Assembly: GCA_963663895.2 (NCBI GenBank)
Contig: CAXXRD010000001.1
Span: 736,001-800,000, forward strand
Length of the DNA stretch: 64,000 nucleotides
DNA from: Dehalococcoidia bacterium
GTDB taxonomy: Bacteria; Chloroflexota; Dehalococcoidia; Bin125
Direction of reading: 5' to 3'
Positions 1-10,579 of the stretch are shown here, piece by piece (the stretch's first letter is position 1; each line of letters starts with the position of its first letter). The translations under genes and the position numbers were made by a program. The notes under the pieces were generated by a model, which worked only from the letters and a program-made list of their open reading frames with translations, was not told where the DNA came from and made no database searches.

Positions 1-1778
1 TGCAGCTTGCCGGTAATCGCTTCACCGACTCGACCGCGCTCTACGGCAACGATTTCAGCACGCTGCCGGACTTTCCCGCCGAGATCCGCGCGCCCGCCGG
101 GTCGCTGGCAGGCGTCAGCGCGTTCCAGATCAGCTTTTCCAACCAACGGATCCATACCCCGGGCGACGCGCCGGACACATTGATCGCGATGAATCCGGCC
201 GCGCTCAAGATGAATCTGGGCGACCTGCCGCGGGGCGGGTTGATCATCGTCAATGAGGAAGCTTTCACGGCGACCAACCTCAAGAAGGCCGGCTATGCCG
301 CCAACCCCTTGAGCGACGGCAGCTTGAGCGATTACCGGATCATCTCGGTGCCGCTCACGAAGCTGGCGGTGGAGGCGGCGCGCGAGTTTCCCGTGAGCGT
401 GCAGCAGGCGGAGCGCACACGAAACTTGGCGGCGTTGGGCCTGGTGTGCTGGCTCTACGGGCGCGACCTCGAGTCGACCCTGGGGTGGGTCGCCGTCAAA
501 TTCGAGAAGAACCCGGCGATCGTCCAAGCAAACCAGAGCGCGCTGCGCGCGGGCTACAACTACGGCGAGACGGCGGAGCTGGCGGATGCCAGCGTCCGCG
601 TGGGACCGGCCACACTGCCACCGGGCGAGTACCGCAACATCACCGGCAACCAGGCCACGAGCTTGGGCATCGTGGCGGCCGCGCACCTATCCGGGCAGTC
701 GGTGGTGTACGCCAGCTACCCGATCACGCCGGCCAGCGATATCCTGGAACTGCTTGCGGGCTACCGCAACTTCGGCGTGAAGACGGTGCAGGCGGAGGAC
801 GAGATCGCCGCAGCGGGCGTGGCCTTGGGCGCCGCCTTCGGCGGGGCGCTGGGCGTGACCGGCACGAGCGGGCCGGGGCTCGCACTCAAGGCGGAGACGG
901 TCGGTCTGGCCGTCTCGACCGAGCTTCCGCTGGTCATTCTGGATATCCAACGGGCTGGTCCCAGCACCGGCATGCCAACCAAGACGGAGCAAGGGGACCT
1001 GCTGCAGGCCTTCTTTGGCCGTAACAGCGAGAGCCCGGTATGCATCGTGGCGCCGTCGTCGCCGGGCGATTGCTTCTACCTCGCGATCGAAGCGATCCGC
1101 ATTGCGCAGAAGTACATGACTCCGGTCATTTTCCTTTCGGATACCTACCTGGGGAATACGTCGGAGCCGTGGATCGTGCCGGCGATCGACGAGATCCCCC
1201 CGATCGTGATCCGTCATCGCACCGACCCCGAGGGCTTCGCCCCATTCACCCGCGATCCCGAGACGCTGGCGCGGCCCTATGCGCTGCCCGGCACTCCCGG
1301 CCTAGAGCATCGGGTAGGCGGGTTGGAGAAAGCGGACGGCAGCGGCGATGTCTCCTACGACCCGCTGAACCACCAGCGGATGGTGGATCTCCGAGCGGAG
1401 AAGATCGAGCGGATCGCGCAGGACGTTCCCGTGCTCGAGGTGGAGGGGCCACAGGAAGGCGACGTGCTTGTGCTGGGCTGGGGCAGCACCCGCGGCGCGA
1501 TCCTCTCCGCCGCCGCCCAAGCGCGCGCCGAAGGCGTGCCGGCATCGACAGCGCACTTGCGCTACCTCAATCCGTTCCCCCGCAACCTCGGCGCCGTGCT
1601 GCGCCGATTCCGGCGCGTGCTCATTCCCGAGAACAACAGCGGCCAGTTGCAACTGCTGATCCGCGCCAAGTACCTGATCGACGCGCAAGGGCTCAACAAG
1701 GTAATGGGCAAGCCGTTCACGGCGGTCGAGATCGCCGAGGGCATCATTCAACTGAGTGAGGAGTCTCGTGGTCGCTGA
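1..1778 (+). CDS. korA: 2-oxoacid:ferredoxin oxidoreductase alpha subunit (5' truncated by window)
   Basis: YPITPAS, QAEDEIAA, TSGPG and QRAGPSTGMPTK motifs; frame is open from the window edge. Confidence 0.93.
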   Translation, partial: QLAGNRFTDSTALYGNDFSTLPDFPAEIRAPAGSLAGVSAFQISFSNQRIHTPGDAPDTLIAMNPAALKMNLGDLPRGGLIIVNEEAFTATNLKKAGYAANPLSDGSLSDYRIISVPLTKLAVEAAREFPVSVQQAERTRNLAALGLVCWLYGRDLESTLGWVAVKFEKNPAIVQANQSALRAGYNYGETAELADASVRVGPATLPPGEYRNITGNQATSLGIVAAAHLSGQSVVYASYPITPASDILELLAGYRNFGVKTVQAEDEIAAAGVALGAAFGGALGVTGTSGPGLALKAETVGLAVSTELPLVILDIQRAGPSTGMPTKTEQGDLLQAFFGRNSESPVCIVAPSSPGDCFYLAIEAIRIAQKYMTPVIFLSDTYLGNTSEPWIVPAIDEIPPIVIRHRTDPEGFAPFTRDPETLARPYALPGTPGLEHRVGGLEKADGSGDVSYDPLNHQRMVDLRAEKIERIAQDVPVLEVEGPQEGDVLVLGWGSTRGAILSAAAQARAEGVPASTAHLRYLNPFPRNLGAVLRRFRRVLIPENNSGQLQLLIRAKYLIDAQGLNKVMGKPFTAVEIAEGIIQLSEESRGR

Positions 1779-2802
1779 ACCAATCGCCGCGCAACAAGCG
1801 GCACCGAAGTTGACGCGCAAGGACTTCGCATCCTCCGCAGACCCACGCTGGTGCCCCGGTTGCGGCGATTATTCCATCTTGGCCCAGACCCAAAAGATGT
1901 TGCCGAATCTCGGGGTGCCGCGCGAAAAGCTCGTGTTCGTCTCCGGGATCGGCTGCGCCAGCCGCTTCCCTTACTACATGAACACCTACGGCTTTCACAG
2001 CATCCACGGCCGGGCGCCGACGCTGGCCACGGGGCTCAAGGTCGCGCGGCCCGATCTGCAGCTCTGGGTAATCACCGGCGACGGCGACGCGCTGAGCATC
2101 GGGGGGAATCACTTCCTGCACGCGCTGCGACGCAACATCGACATCAACATCATCCTTTTCAACAACCGCATCTATGGACTGACGAAGGGGCAGTACTCGC
2201 CCACCTCCGAGCTGGGAAAGCGGACGAAATCATCGCCGATGGGGTCGATCGACGCGCCGATCAACCCGATCAGCGTGGCGCTGGCAGCGGAGGCGACGTT
2301 TGTGGCGCGGTCGTTCGATACGGACCCGCCGCATCTGATCGAGACGCTGGAGCGGGCAGCGCGGCACCGGGGTGGATCATTCGTGGAGGTCTATCAGAAC
2401 TGCAACATCTTCAACGACGGCGCCTACCGGGCCTTCACGGATAAGCCGGTACGCCGCCAGCGGATGCTGTACTTGAGGGATGGGGAGCCGATGCGCTTTG
2501 GCGCCGAACAGGAGATGGCGGTTCGCCTCAACGGTCTGGCGGCGGAGTGCGTTGACCTGCGAGAGGAACCGGATGCCGAGCCGTTGGTGCACGACGCCTC
2601 GCGGACGGACCCCTCAGTAGCGCATCTGCTCGCACGCATGAGCTACCCCGAGATGCCGGTGCCCGTTGGCGTGTTCCGCGACGTGGAGAAGCCCACCTAC
2701 GACACGCTGCTTGAGGAACAGATTGAGATAGCGAGCGCACAGCAGGGGAAAGGCGACATTCGCGCGCTGCTGCGCGGCGACACGACCTGGCGGGTCGACT
2801 AA
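1768..2802 (+). CDS. korB: 2-oxoacid:ferredoxin oxidoreductase beta subunit
   Basis: WCPGCGD, SGIGC and the TPP motif GDGD...NN; GTG at 1768 follows GAGGAG. Confidence 0.93.
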   Translation: MVAEPIAAQQAAPKLTRKDFASSADPRWCPGCGDYSILAQTQKMLPNLGVPREKLVFVSGIGCASRFPYYMNTYGFHSIHGRAPTLATGLKVARPDLQLWVITGDGDALSIGGNHFLHALRRNIDINIILFNNRIYGLTKGQYSPTSELGKRTKSSPMGSIDAPINPISVALAAEATFVARSFDTDPPHLIETLERAARHRGGSFVEVYQNCNIFNDGAYRAFTDKPVRRQRMLYLRDGEPMRFGAEQEMAVRLNGLAAECVDLREEPDAEPLVHDASRTDPSVAHLLARMSYPEMPVPVGVFRDVEKPTYDTLLEEQIEIASAQQGKGDIRALLRGDTTWRVD

Positions 2803-2851
2803 CCGCTTCGACCCTCTCTCGCGAACCCCACCATCCTCTCAGTAAGCGCGA

Positions 2852-3802
2852 CTACGCTCCCGCGTTGCCGGCGGCGACGGGAGCGCCGTGGACGAGCGGG
2901 ACGACCTCTTCCACGAGCCGCTTGGTCTGCGCCATGATCTCCCCCTCGCTATCGCCGAGGGGACGCATCACGAACTTGGAGATGCCCTGGTCCATATAGG
3001 CGCGGATGCGGCCGAGGATGGTGCCGGCGTCGCCGACGGCGAAGTAGTCGGGCGGATCCCAGGAGATGTCCTCACGGCGATAGAGACCCAGCGAGCTCTG
3101 CACGGCCGGGGCATCCCAGGGACCGAAGTAGAAGGGGAAGCTGGCGCCGTAGTGGTCTTCGTCGATGGCGCGGCCCTCTTCGGCGGCAGCGGTCTTGATG
3201 GCGGCGACGACTTGGCCGGCCGTTTCGGGCGTCTGTAGACCACCCAGCCAGCCGTTGCCGAGCCTGGCGGTGCGGCGAATGGCAGCCTCGCTGATGCCGC
3301 CGATCCACAGCGGCAAGGGTTGCTGGACCGGCTTGGGTTCGATCCGGGCGTTTCGGTACTGGAAGTGCGCGCCCTCGTAGGTCACACGCTCTTCGACCCA
3401 AAGACGGGCCATGATCTCCAAGGCCTCGTTGGCGATGGCGCCGCGCTTGCGCGTCGTGCGACCGGTCGCTTCCCACTCCGGAGCGACGGGGCCGCCCACG
3501 CCGAAGGCGGGGAGGAGGCGACCGTCGCTGAGGAAGTCGATCGTGGCGCACTGCTTGGCAAGGACGAGCGGGTCGCGAAAGGTCACGACGACGACGTTCA
3601 TGCCGAATTTGAGACGCTCGGTGCCGCCGGCGAGCGCGGCCATCGTCGTCATGGATTCGAGAAAGGGAAGCGTGGAAACGAGGCGGTCGGTTTGCCAAAG
3701 AGAGTCGATGTCATTCTCTTCGCAGAGATCAACCCAGCGCCAGAAGCCCTTGGTGGACGCAAAGGGGTAGGTCACGATGTTGAGGCCGATGCGAACGCTC
3801 AT
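2852..3802 (-). CDS. LLM-class (luciferase-like) flavin/F420-dependent oxidoreductase
   Basis: RDPLVLAKQCATIDFLSDGRL and PKPVQQPLPLWIGG; ATG at 3802 after GGAGG. Confidence 0.9.
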   Translation of the reverse strand: MSVRIGLNIVTYPFASTKGFWRWVDLCEENDIDSLWQTDRLVSTLPFLESMTTMAALAGGTERLKFGMNVVVVTFRDPLVLAKQCATIDFLSDGRLLPAFGVGGPVAPEWEATGRTTRKRGAIANEALEIMARLWVEERVTYEGAHFQYRNARIEPKPVQQPLPLWIGGISEAAIRRTARLGNGWLGGLQTPETAGQVVAAIKTAAAEEGRAIDEDHYGASFPFYFGPWDAPAVQSSLGLYRREDISWDPPDYFAVGDAGTILGRIRAYMDQGISKFVMRPLGDSEGEIMAQTKRLVEEVVPLVHGAPVAAGNAGA

Positions 3803-3992
3803 CGTCGTTCCTCCGTGAATGCGGCAGGGGAGTACGGATGGGGTCACGGTACCGGATCGAGAGGCGAAGGCGGGGCGATCGCTCGAACTCGACTCGATGG
3901 GAGCGTGGGAGCGGGCGAGCGGCAGTTTTCGCGAGCGGCCGGGCAGACGTGGCGAGCCGAGGGACGCCGTCCGAGGCGCAGGGACCTCCGGA

Positions 3993-5792
3993 CTAGCGGG
4001 CGGCTTGTGCGGAGCGTGCGCGCCGCATCTCTCCACGGAGCCTGTCGGTCGCTCCGGCGTCGACAACGTACTCAAGGCGGCGCGGATCGCGCTCCCTGAC
4101 GATGACGCCGTATTGCTCGCGGGCCGCGGGCATGGTGAGGTACCCGTCGCGAATATCGTCGAGGATGCGTTCCGTTGGGCGGTCGAGGGGATCCCCGTAG
4201 CCGCCCGCGCCGTTGGACCAGAAAGAGAGCTTGGCCCCGGGGCCAACGGGGACGTTGACGGCGAAGGTACCGAGGTTGTTCTCGTTCTCAGTGCCGGGAT
4301 TGACGATCAGCCGGGAGGTCCAGCCCGCGCCGCCGCCCAAGATACCCGCCGGGCCCTGCTTCTCTCGGTTACAGATATTGGAGAGGGATCCCGGGAGACT
4401 GGGCTCGATGAGCTGTTCCAAGCCACAGCCGCCCCGCGTTTCGCCGGGACCCCCGGAATCGGGGAGAAGCTGATGCATCCAGTAGAGGACGGGATAGCGA
4501 CGCTCCTGGAGCTCGCAGGGGATGTTGGTGGAGGAGGCGCCAAAGGGAGAGGCCAGGGTGTTGGATCCGTCCTTGTACTTGGTGCCGCCGGTGCCGCCAA
4601 AGGCCCAGATGTAGTTAATGAAGGGGGCGTCAAAGGTGGGGCGGGTGTCCGCGCCGGCGAAGGTCGAGTTCACGATGGCGGAGGGAAGGCCGACAGCGCG
4701 CTCCGGCAGGGCTTGACCGACGGCGAGCATGGCGGCGCCGGTCGTGGCGTCCATGCTGGTGATGGCGAGCCCGGAGATGCCTACGGGCGGCTGGGCCCAG
4801 ACGATCGATCCGCGCTTGGCCTTGATTTCAACGGCGCGCATGACGCCGGCGTTCATGGGCATGGGCGGCAGCACCGCCGCCAGGCCGATGAAAATGGCAG
4901 AGGTGCAGGCGGCGATGGTGCAGTTGATGCCGGATTCGGCGGCCCCATCGCTTCGGGTGAGGTCGAAAACGGCGTGGTCCCCCTGGACGACGAAGTCGAG
5001 ACGGATGGTCTTGCGCTCGCCGGTATGAACGTCTTGGTCGACATGGTCCTCAGAGGTGTAGACGCCATCCGGCAGGCTGCTGAAGGCGGCGCGGGCAAGG
5101 CGTTCGGAGTAGTTTTGGACCTCGGCCATGGCGGCGCGAACGCTGGCCACGCCGTGGCGGGCGATGAGCACGCGGATGCGCTCCTCGCCGGCGCGGACGG
5201 CGGCAACCTGCGCATTGAGGTCGCCGAGACGCTCCCAGGATTGGCGCATGTTGTGCAGGAGGATCGCGACGACGTCGTGGTTCATCTCACCGCGACGGAA
5301 GAGGGTGATGGCAGGGATGCGCATGCCCTCTTCGAAGTGACTGCGCGCGGCGCAGTTGAGCGAACCCGCGACCACGCCGCCGACATCGGACCAGTGCGCG
5401 GTCGAGGAAGTAAAGGCGAGGAGCTCACCGTCCACGAAGATGGGCTTGATGAAGTGGATGTCGTTGCAGTGGGTGCTGGCGACGTAGGGGTCGTTGATGA
5501 TGTAGATGTCGCCGGGCTCCATATTCTCGCGGCCGATCTGCCGGATGACCTCGGGAACAGTGAGGATGGTGAGGCCGACGAAGGCGGGGAGATCGAACTC
5601 ACCTTGGGAGACGAGTTGGCCGTGGTGGTCGTAGAGGCCGCCGGCGAAATCGTGGCCCTCGTTGACGGGGGTGGAGTAGGCGGTCTTGGCGACGACGAGC
5701 GCCATCTCGTTGCAGGTGGCGGTGAAGGCCGCGCGGAGCACCTCGAAGCTGATGGGGTCGAGCAGAGTGGTGGCAGGGGCGCTGGCAGACAC
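3993..5792 (-). CDS. Hydantoinase B/oxoprolinase family protein
   Basis: DPISFEVL, INDPY...HCND, HWSDVGG, DSGGPG and GAGGYGDP; GTG at 5792 after AAGGAG. Confidence 0.9.
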   Translation of the reverse strand: MSASAPATTLLDPISFEVLRAAFTATCNEMALVVAKTAYSTPVNEGHDFAGGLYDHHGQLVSQGEFDLPAFVGLTILTVPEVIRQIGRENMEPGDIYIINDPYVASTHCNDIHFIKPIFVDGELLAFTSSTAHWSDVGGVVAGSLNCAARSHFEEGMRIPAITLFRRGEMNHDVVAILLHNMRQSWERLGDLNAQVAAVRAGEERIRVLIARHGVASVRAAMAEVQNYSERLARAAFSSLPDGVYTSEDHVDQDVHTGERKTIRLDFVVQGDHAVFDLTRSDGAAESGINCTIAACTSAIFIGLAAVLPPMPMNAGVMRAVEIKAKRGSIVWAQPPVGISGLAITSMDATTGAAMLAVGQALPERAVGLPSAIVNSTFAGADTRPTFDAPFINYIWAFGGTGGTKYKDGSNTLASPFGASSTNIPCELQERRYPVLYWMHQLLPDSGGPGETRGGCGLEQLIEPSLPGSLSNICNREKQGPAGILGGGAGWTSRLIVNPGTENENNLGTFAVNVPVGPGAKLSFWSNGAGGYGDPLDRPTERILDDIRDGYLTMPAAREQYGVIVRERDPRRLEYVVDAGATDRLRGEMRRARSAQAAR

Positions 5793-5845
5793 GGAGACTC
5801 CTTGACTAGCGCGGTCCTCAATGGGAGCCGCATGATACCGCGCCG

Positions 5846-8845
5846 CTAGGAAGTTTCGTCGGGGCGGAGCGCGCCGGCCAGAAACTCGACGACATGGCGA
5901 GCGCGCCGGCCGGTGCAATGGTCGATCTGCTGACGGCAGGAGACGCCCGTGATCGCGATCTCCGTCGTAACGGGCGCGGCCTGGACGGCGGGAAAGAGCG
6001 CGAGGGCGCCCATGCGGCGCGAAATGTCGTAATGCTCGGCTTCGAATCCGAAAGAGCCGGCCATGCCACAGCAGCCGGAGTCGATGAGAATGGTATCGAA
6101 TCCGGCCAGTTGGAGGGCGCGGAGCGTGGCGTCCGTACCGGCGAGGGCCTTTTGGTGGCAGTGCGCATGGAGCAGGAGAGAGCGCCGCGCGGGAAGAAAA
6201 CGATCGGCGAGGGCGGGCTCTTCGTGGACAAGACGGACGAGAAGCTGATCGAGGAGGAACGCGTGCTCGGCAACGATCCTGGTCTCGGGCCCGGGAATCA
6301 GGTCGGGGTACTCGTCGCGCAGAGCAAGGAGACAAGAAGGCTCGACGCCGACGATGGGGATGCCGGCGGCGGCGAAGGGCCGCAACGCTTCGATGTTGCG
6401 GCGGGCCCACTTGCGGGCCGTGCCGAGCATGCCTTTGGAGATGGCGGGGCGGCCGCAGCAAACGAGACCGTCGACGAGGCGGACGCCGTAGCCGAGCGCC
6501 TCCAGGATCGCTACGGCGGCATGTCCGACCTCCGGGTAAAAGTAATCGGTGAAGGTGTCGTGGAAGAACACGACCTCACCACGCGGGGCGGGCGGGCGGA
6601 AGGTAGCCGCTCGCCGCCGGGCGAAGCTGCGCGGAAAGGGCTCACGGGCGAGGACCGGGATGGGGCGGGCACGATGGATGCCCGCCGTCTTTTCGAGCAG
6701 GAGCCGCAGCGGCGCAACCCGCCCAGCGGCGTTGACGAGCGGGGCGAAGGGTGCAGCGGCGCGGGCAAGCGTGCGGATATGCGCGAAGGCGCGGGCGCGG
6801 CCCGGCAGGCCGTGAACATCATGGTAATAGGCGAGGGTTTCATACTTGAGCTTGGCGAGATCAACCCCGGAGGGGCACTCGCTCTTGCACGCCTTGCACT
6901 CCACACAGAGGTCGAGGGCTTCGTGGATGCGCTCACCGGCGAGGTCCTGGGGCGGCAGGACGCCGTTGAGCGCTTGGCGGAGGAGGTTGGCGCGGCCGCG
7001 GGTGGAGTGCTCTTCGTCCTTGGTGACCATGTAGGAAGGACACATGCCGCCGTCGAACTTGCGGCAGGCGCCTTGGCCGTTGCAGAGCTCGACGGCACGG
7101 GCGATACCGCCATCGGCGGCGAAGCTGAGATAGGTAGGCGGCTCCCGATTGACGGTCTGGGGACCGAGGCGGAGGTTATCGGCGAAGGGCGGCACATCGA
7201 TGATCTTGCCGGGATTGAGGAGTCCGTCCGGATCAAAGGCGGTCTTGAGTTCACGGAAGGCTTGGACGATCGGGGCGCCGAACATGCGCTCCATGAAAAC
7301 GCCGCGCAGGATGCCGTCGCCGTGCTCGCCGCTGAGGCTGCCCTGAAACTCCACGACGAGGTCGGCGATACGCTCGGCGAGGCGCTGCATGGAAACAAGC
7401 TCGGCAGCGTCTTTGATATTCGCGTGGGGGCGGATGTGGAGGCAGCCGACGCTGGCGTGGCCGTAGTAGGCGGCTGTGAAGCCATGGTCGCGGATGAGGG
7501 CGTCGAAGCGCGCGACGAACTGCGGCAGGCGATCCGGGTCGACGGCCGTGTCCTCGACGAAGGCGAGCGGTTTGGCGTCGCCGCGGACGCTCATGAGAAT
7601 ACCGAGGCCGATTTCGCGCATGCGCCACATGGCGCGCTGCTGGTCCGGGTCCAGGGTGACGACGGTGGCGTAGCCGAGGCGCTCACGCTCCAGCGCGGCG
7701 GCGAGCGCGCCGAGCTTCTCGGTCAGCTCATCCGCCGAGTCGCCGTAAAACTCGACGAGGAGGAGCGCGCCGGGGGCGCCCTGGACGCGCTCCACCAACG
7801 ATGCGTAGCTCGGATGTTGCCGACAGCGATCGATGATGGTGGCGTCGACGAGCTCGACGGCGGAGGGCTGCTGGCGGTTGGCGACGACCGTGGCCTCGGC
7901 CGCCTCGACGACGGAGTGCAGGTGGACGACGGCCAGCCCCTTGCAGATGGGGAGGGGAGCGAGGCGGACGGTCGCCTCGGTGACGAGGGCGAGGGTGCCT
8001 TCGGAGCCGACGATGAGTGGAGCAAGGTCGGCGGGGTCTTGGAGCAGGGCGTCAAGGTTGTAGCCGGAGACGCGCCGCAGGAGCTTGGGGAAGCGGGCGC
8101 GGATTTCGTCGCGGTACTGCGTGGTGAGGCGTTCGACGGCACGGTAGATATCGCCTTCGAGGCCGGGTTGGGCGCGCTTGGCGGCGAGGACCTGGGGGTC
8201 GTAGTGGGTGAAGCGGGCGGCGGTGGCGTCGGCGAACAGGAGATCGAGAGCGGCGACATTGTCGACGGTCTTGCCGTAGACGGCGGAGTGGCTGCCGCAG
8301 GAGTTGTTGCCAACGCCGCCGCCGATCGTGGCGCGATTCGCGGTGGAGGGGTCGATCGGGTAGTGAAGGCCATGGTCGCGGAGGGCGCGGTTGAGTTGAG
8401 CCAGCACGACGCCGGGCTGGACGCGGGCCCAGCGCTCCGTCGCGTCGATCTGAACGATGCGGTCCATGTGGGGCGTGAAGTCGAGGACGACGGCGTGGTT
8501 GAGGGTCTGACCAGCGAGGCTCGTGCCGGCGCCGCGCGGCAGAACGGGCAGGCCGCGCCGCGCCGCCACGCGCAGCACATGGGCGACATCGGCAGCGGAG
8601 CGGGGATAGACGACGGCGAGCGGCTCCATCTCATAGATCGAGGCGTCGGTGGCGTAGAGCAGGCGGGAAGGGCGATCGACTTTGACGCCAGCCCGGCCGC
8701 CGGCGAGGCCGTCGGCGATCTCGGCGGCGAGATCATGGAGGGCGCCGTCGCCGGCGTCCAGCAGGTGGAGCGCGGCGCGAACCGGCCGGTGCCGGGAGAC
8801 TGCGGCGCCGTGGATGACGGAGCGCGGAGCGGACGGGAGGGGCAT
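5846..8845 (-). CDS. FAD-binding oxidoreductase fused to Fe-S/CCG domains (GlcD/Dld-GlcF-like)
   Basis: PRGAGTSLAGQ, GSEGTL, SGEHGDG, CVECKAC...CP and CCGMAGSFG. Confidence 0.9.
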   Translation of the reverse strand: MPLPSAPRSVIHGAAVSRHRPVRAALHLLDAGDGALHDLAAEIADGLAGGRAGVKVDRPSRLLYATDASIYEMEPLAVVYPRSAADVAHVLRVAARRGLPVLPRGAGTSLAGQTLNHAVVLDFTPHMDRIVQIDATERWARVQPGVVLAQLNRALRDHGLHYPIDPSTANRATIGGGVGNNSCGSHSAVYGKTVDNVAALDLLFADATAARFTHYDPQVLAAKRAQPGLEGDIYRAVERLTTQYRDEIRARFPKLLRRVSGYNLDALLQDPADLAPLIVGSEGTLALVTEATVRLAPLPICKGLAVVHLHSVVEAAEATVVANRQQPSAVELVDATIIDRCRQHPSYASLVERVQGAPGALLLVEFYGDSADELTEKLGALAAALERERLGYATVVTLDPDQQRAMWRMREIGLGILMSVRGDAKPLAFVEDTAVDPDRLPQFVARFDALIRDHGFTAAYYGHASVGCLHIRPHANIKDAAELVSMQRLAERIADLVVEFQGSLSGEHGDGILRGVFMERMFGAPIVQAFRELKTAFDPDGLLNPGKIIDVPPFADNLRLGPQTVNREPPTYLSFAADGGIARAVELCNGQGACRKFDGGMCPSYMVTKDEEHSTRGRANLLRQALNGVLPPQDLAGERIHEALDLCVECKACKSECPSGVDLAKLKYETLAYYHDVHGLPGRARAFAHIRTLARAAAPFAPLVNAAGRVAPLRLLLEKTAGIHRARPIPVLAREPFPRSFARRRAATFRPPAPRGEVVFFHDTFTDYFYPEVGHAAVAILEALGYGVRLVDGLVCCGRPAISKGMLGTARKWARRNIEALRPFAAAGIPIVGVEPSCLLALRDEYPDLIPGPETRIVAEHAFLLDQLLVRLVHEEPALADRFLPARRSLLLHAHCHQKALAGTDATLRALQLAGFDTILIDSGCCGMAGSFGFEAEHYDISRRMGALALFPAVQAAPVTTEIAITGVSCRQQIDHCTGRRARHVVEFLAGALRPDETS

Positions 8846-8939
8846 CCGCACAGGCTACACCGAGCGAAGGGCGGAACCGACCGCTGCCTTCCTTGACCGC
8901 AATGGGAGCGCGTGCCACGATCCGCGCACAATCGAATAG

Positions 8940-9035
8940 TGAGGCGCTCGACAGGGGAACGCCGGTGTAAGTCCGGGGCTGTCGCGCAACGGTCACCCGC
9001 GGGAGCGGGGAGCCCGATGACCTTCGAGCGTCCGC
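8940..9035 (+). ncRNA. Cobalamin riboswitch (short form)
   Basis: GGGAA-cgcc-GGTGtAAgTCCGG-ggCTGtCgCgCAACgGT core and GAGCCCG box; lies upstream of a BtuFCD-like ABC operon. Confidence 0.85.
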
Positions 9036-9071
9036 ACGGAAACCGCCTTCGCGTGTGAGGCCGGGGTGCGC

Positions 9072-9097
9072 AACGACCCGGTATCCGGGTCGTTTTT
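9072..9097 (+). terminator. Intrinsic terminator in the riboswitch leader
   Basis: AACGACCCGG-TAT-CCGGGTCGTT followed by TTT, between the aptamer and the start codon. Confidence 0.75.
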
Positions 9098-9150
9098 GAT
9101 TCGGGTCATGCCCTCTTCCTCGCACGGCGAACGGTCGAAAGGGGAGACGT

Positions 9151-10569
9151 ATGGCTCGCACGAAGCTCGCACTGCCTTGGCATTTATTCGGGACATGGGC
9201 GCCTTTATTGGTGGCTGGGCTCTTGCTCGGCTCCGTCATCGCGGTCGCGTGCGGCGACGACGACCGGAACGCGGCGGTCGTAGAGCCGGAGCCCGCAGCA
9301 AGTGAGACAGCCGGGGGTGACGAAGCGTCCGCAGTAGCAGTTGCTGCGCCAAGCGAGGCAGACAAGAGCAAGGAAACGCCTCCGGCGGTGGTTGATGCGC
9401 CGGCCGACGAGCCTGCCGCAATCGAGTCGGTCGAAGAATCGGTGCCGTCTCCCGCGCCAAGGGCGAACGTGCTGAGCGGCAGCGCAGAGTACGCGGAGGG
9501 TGTGGATTACTTTCCCGAGAAGGTGTCGGTAGCGCACGCGAAGAATTTCGGGGTCGAGTATTTCGCGAACTACAAGGTGGTGACGGTGCCGGAACCGACG
9601 CCGGGAGGGGCGGCGGAGACGTACGTATTGGTGCAGCGGGGGACGCCGGCGCCTCCGCTAACGGGACCGCTGACGGGGGCAGCGGTGATTGAGGTGCCAG
9701 TCGAGTCGATATTTATGGGCTCGACAACCCCCTTGCCGTTCCTGGTGGATCTGGACGTAGTCGATCGGCTGACGGGGGTAGCCAGCGCCGGCCTGATTCA
9801 TGCCGAGCCGGTGCTGGAGCGTATCGAAGCCGGCGCAGTGGTCGAGTACGCGGCGGGAGGGGAGGTCGATGCGGAAGCCGTGATCGAGGCCGTACCCGCG
9901 ATGCTGATGACGGAAGGGCTGGAGCATCCCACGTATCCGATCTTGCGCGAGGCGGGCGTCGCCGTGGTGGCGGGGACGGAGTGGCTGGAACCGTCGCCGC
10001 TGGGTCGCGCGGAGTGGCTGAAGTACGTGGCCGTGTTCTTCAACCGGGAAGCGGCCGCGGCGCGGCTGTTCGCGTCGATCGAGGAGTCGTACGCCGAGCT
10101 GGCGGAGCTGGGGGCGGGAGTAGTGCAGCGGCCCCGGGTGATGACGGGGCTGATGTTCGAGGGAGTGTGGTACGCGGCGGGGGGCGACAGCTTCGTGGCG
10201 CGGCTGCTGCGCGATGCCGGAGCGGATTACGTGTGGGCGGACAACAACGACACGGGGTCGTTGCCGCTGGACTTCGAGGTGCACTTGGAGCGGGCGCAGG
10301 ACGCCGCGTACTGGGTGAACGTCTCGCTGTTCTGGCGGAGCGTGGCGGACGCAGCAGCGGAGGACACGCGTTACGAGCGCTTCGCGGCGTATCAGTCCGG
10401 GCAGGTGTGGAACTACACGCGGATTCAGAACGAGAGCGGAGGGCTCGAGTACTTCGAGCGGGGCGTATCACGGCCGGACTTGGTGCTGGCCGACCTGCTG
10501 AAGATCTTCCATCCGGATCTGGTGCCCGAGCACACGTTCATCTGGTACGAGCAGCTACCGGCAGAGTAG
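9151..10569 (+). CDS. Cobalamin/iron ABC transporter substrate-binding lipoprotein (BtuF-like)
   Basis: Lipobox VAC, acidic linker, EWLEPSPLGRAEWLK and RPDLVLADL; follows the B12 riboswitch. Confidence 0.88.
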   Translation: MARTKLALPWHLFGTWAPLLVAGLLLGSVIAVACGDDDRNAAVVEPEPAASETAGGDEASAVAVAAPSEADKSKETPPAVVDAPADEPAAIESVEESVPSPAPRANVLSGSAEYAEGVDYFPEKVSVAHAKNFGVEYFANYKVVTVPEPTPGGAAETYVLVQRGTPAPPLTGPLTGAAVIEVPVESIFMGSTTPLPFLVDLDVVDRLTGVASAGLIHAEPVLERIEAGAVVEYAAGGEVDAEAVIEAVPAMLMTEGLEHPTYPILREAGVAVVAGTEWLEPSPLGRAEWLKYVAVFFNREAAAARLFASIEESYAELAELGAGVVQRPRVMTGLMFEGVWYAAGGDSFVARLLRDAGADYVWADNNDTGSLPLDFEVHLERAQDAAYWVNVSLFWRSVADAAAEDTRYERFAAYQSGQVWNYTRIQNESGGLEYFERGVSRPDLVLADLLKIFHPDLVPEHTFIWYEQLPAE

Positions 10570-10579
10570 GCAGGAAGCG

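Noticed and set aside
3819-8896. Very long + strand ORFs (676 aa, 1000 aa) and similar ones opposite cimA, leuA, katG and capA
   Set aside because: Antisense shadows of real genes in high-GC DNA; no motifs, and they fully overlap well-supported CDSs
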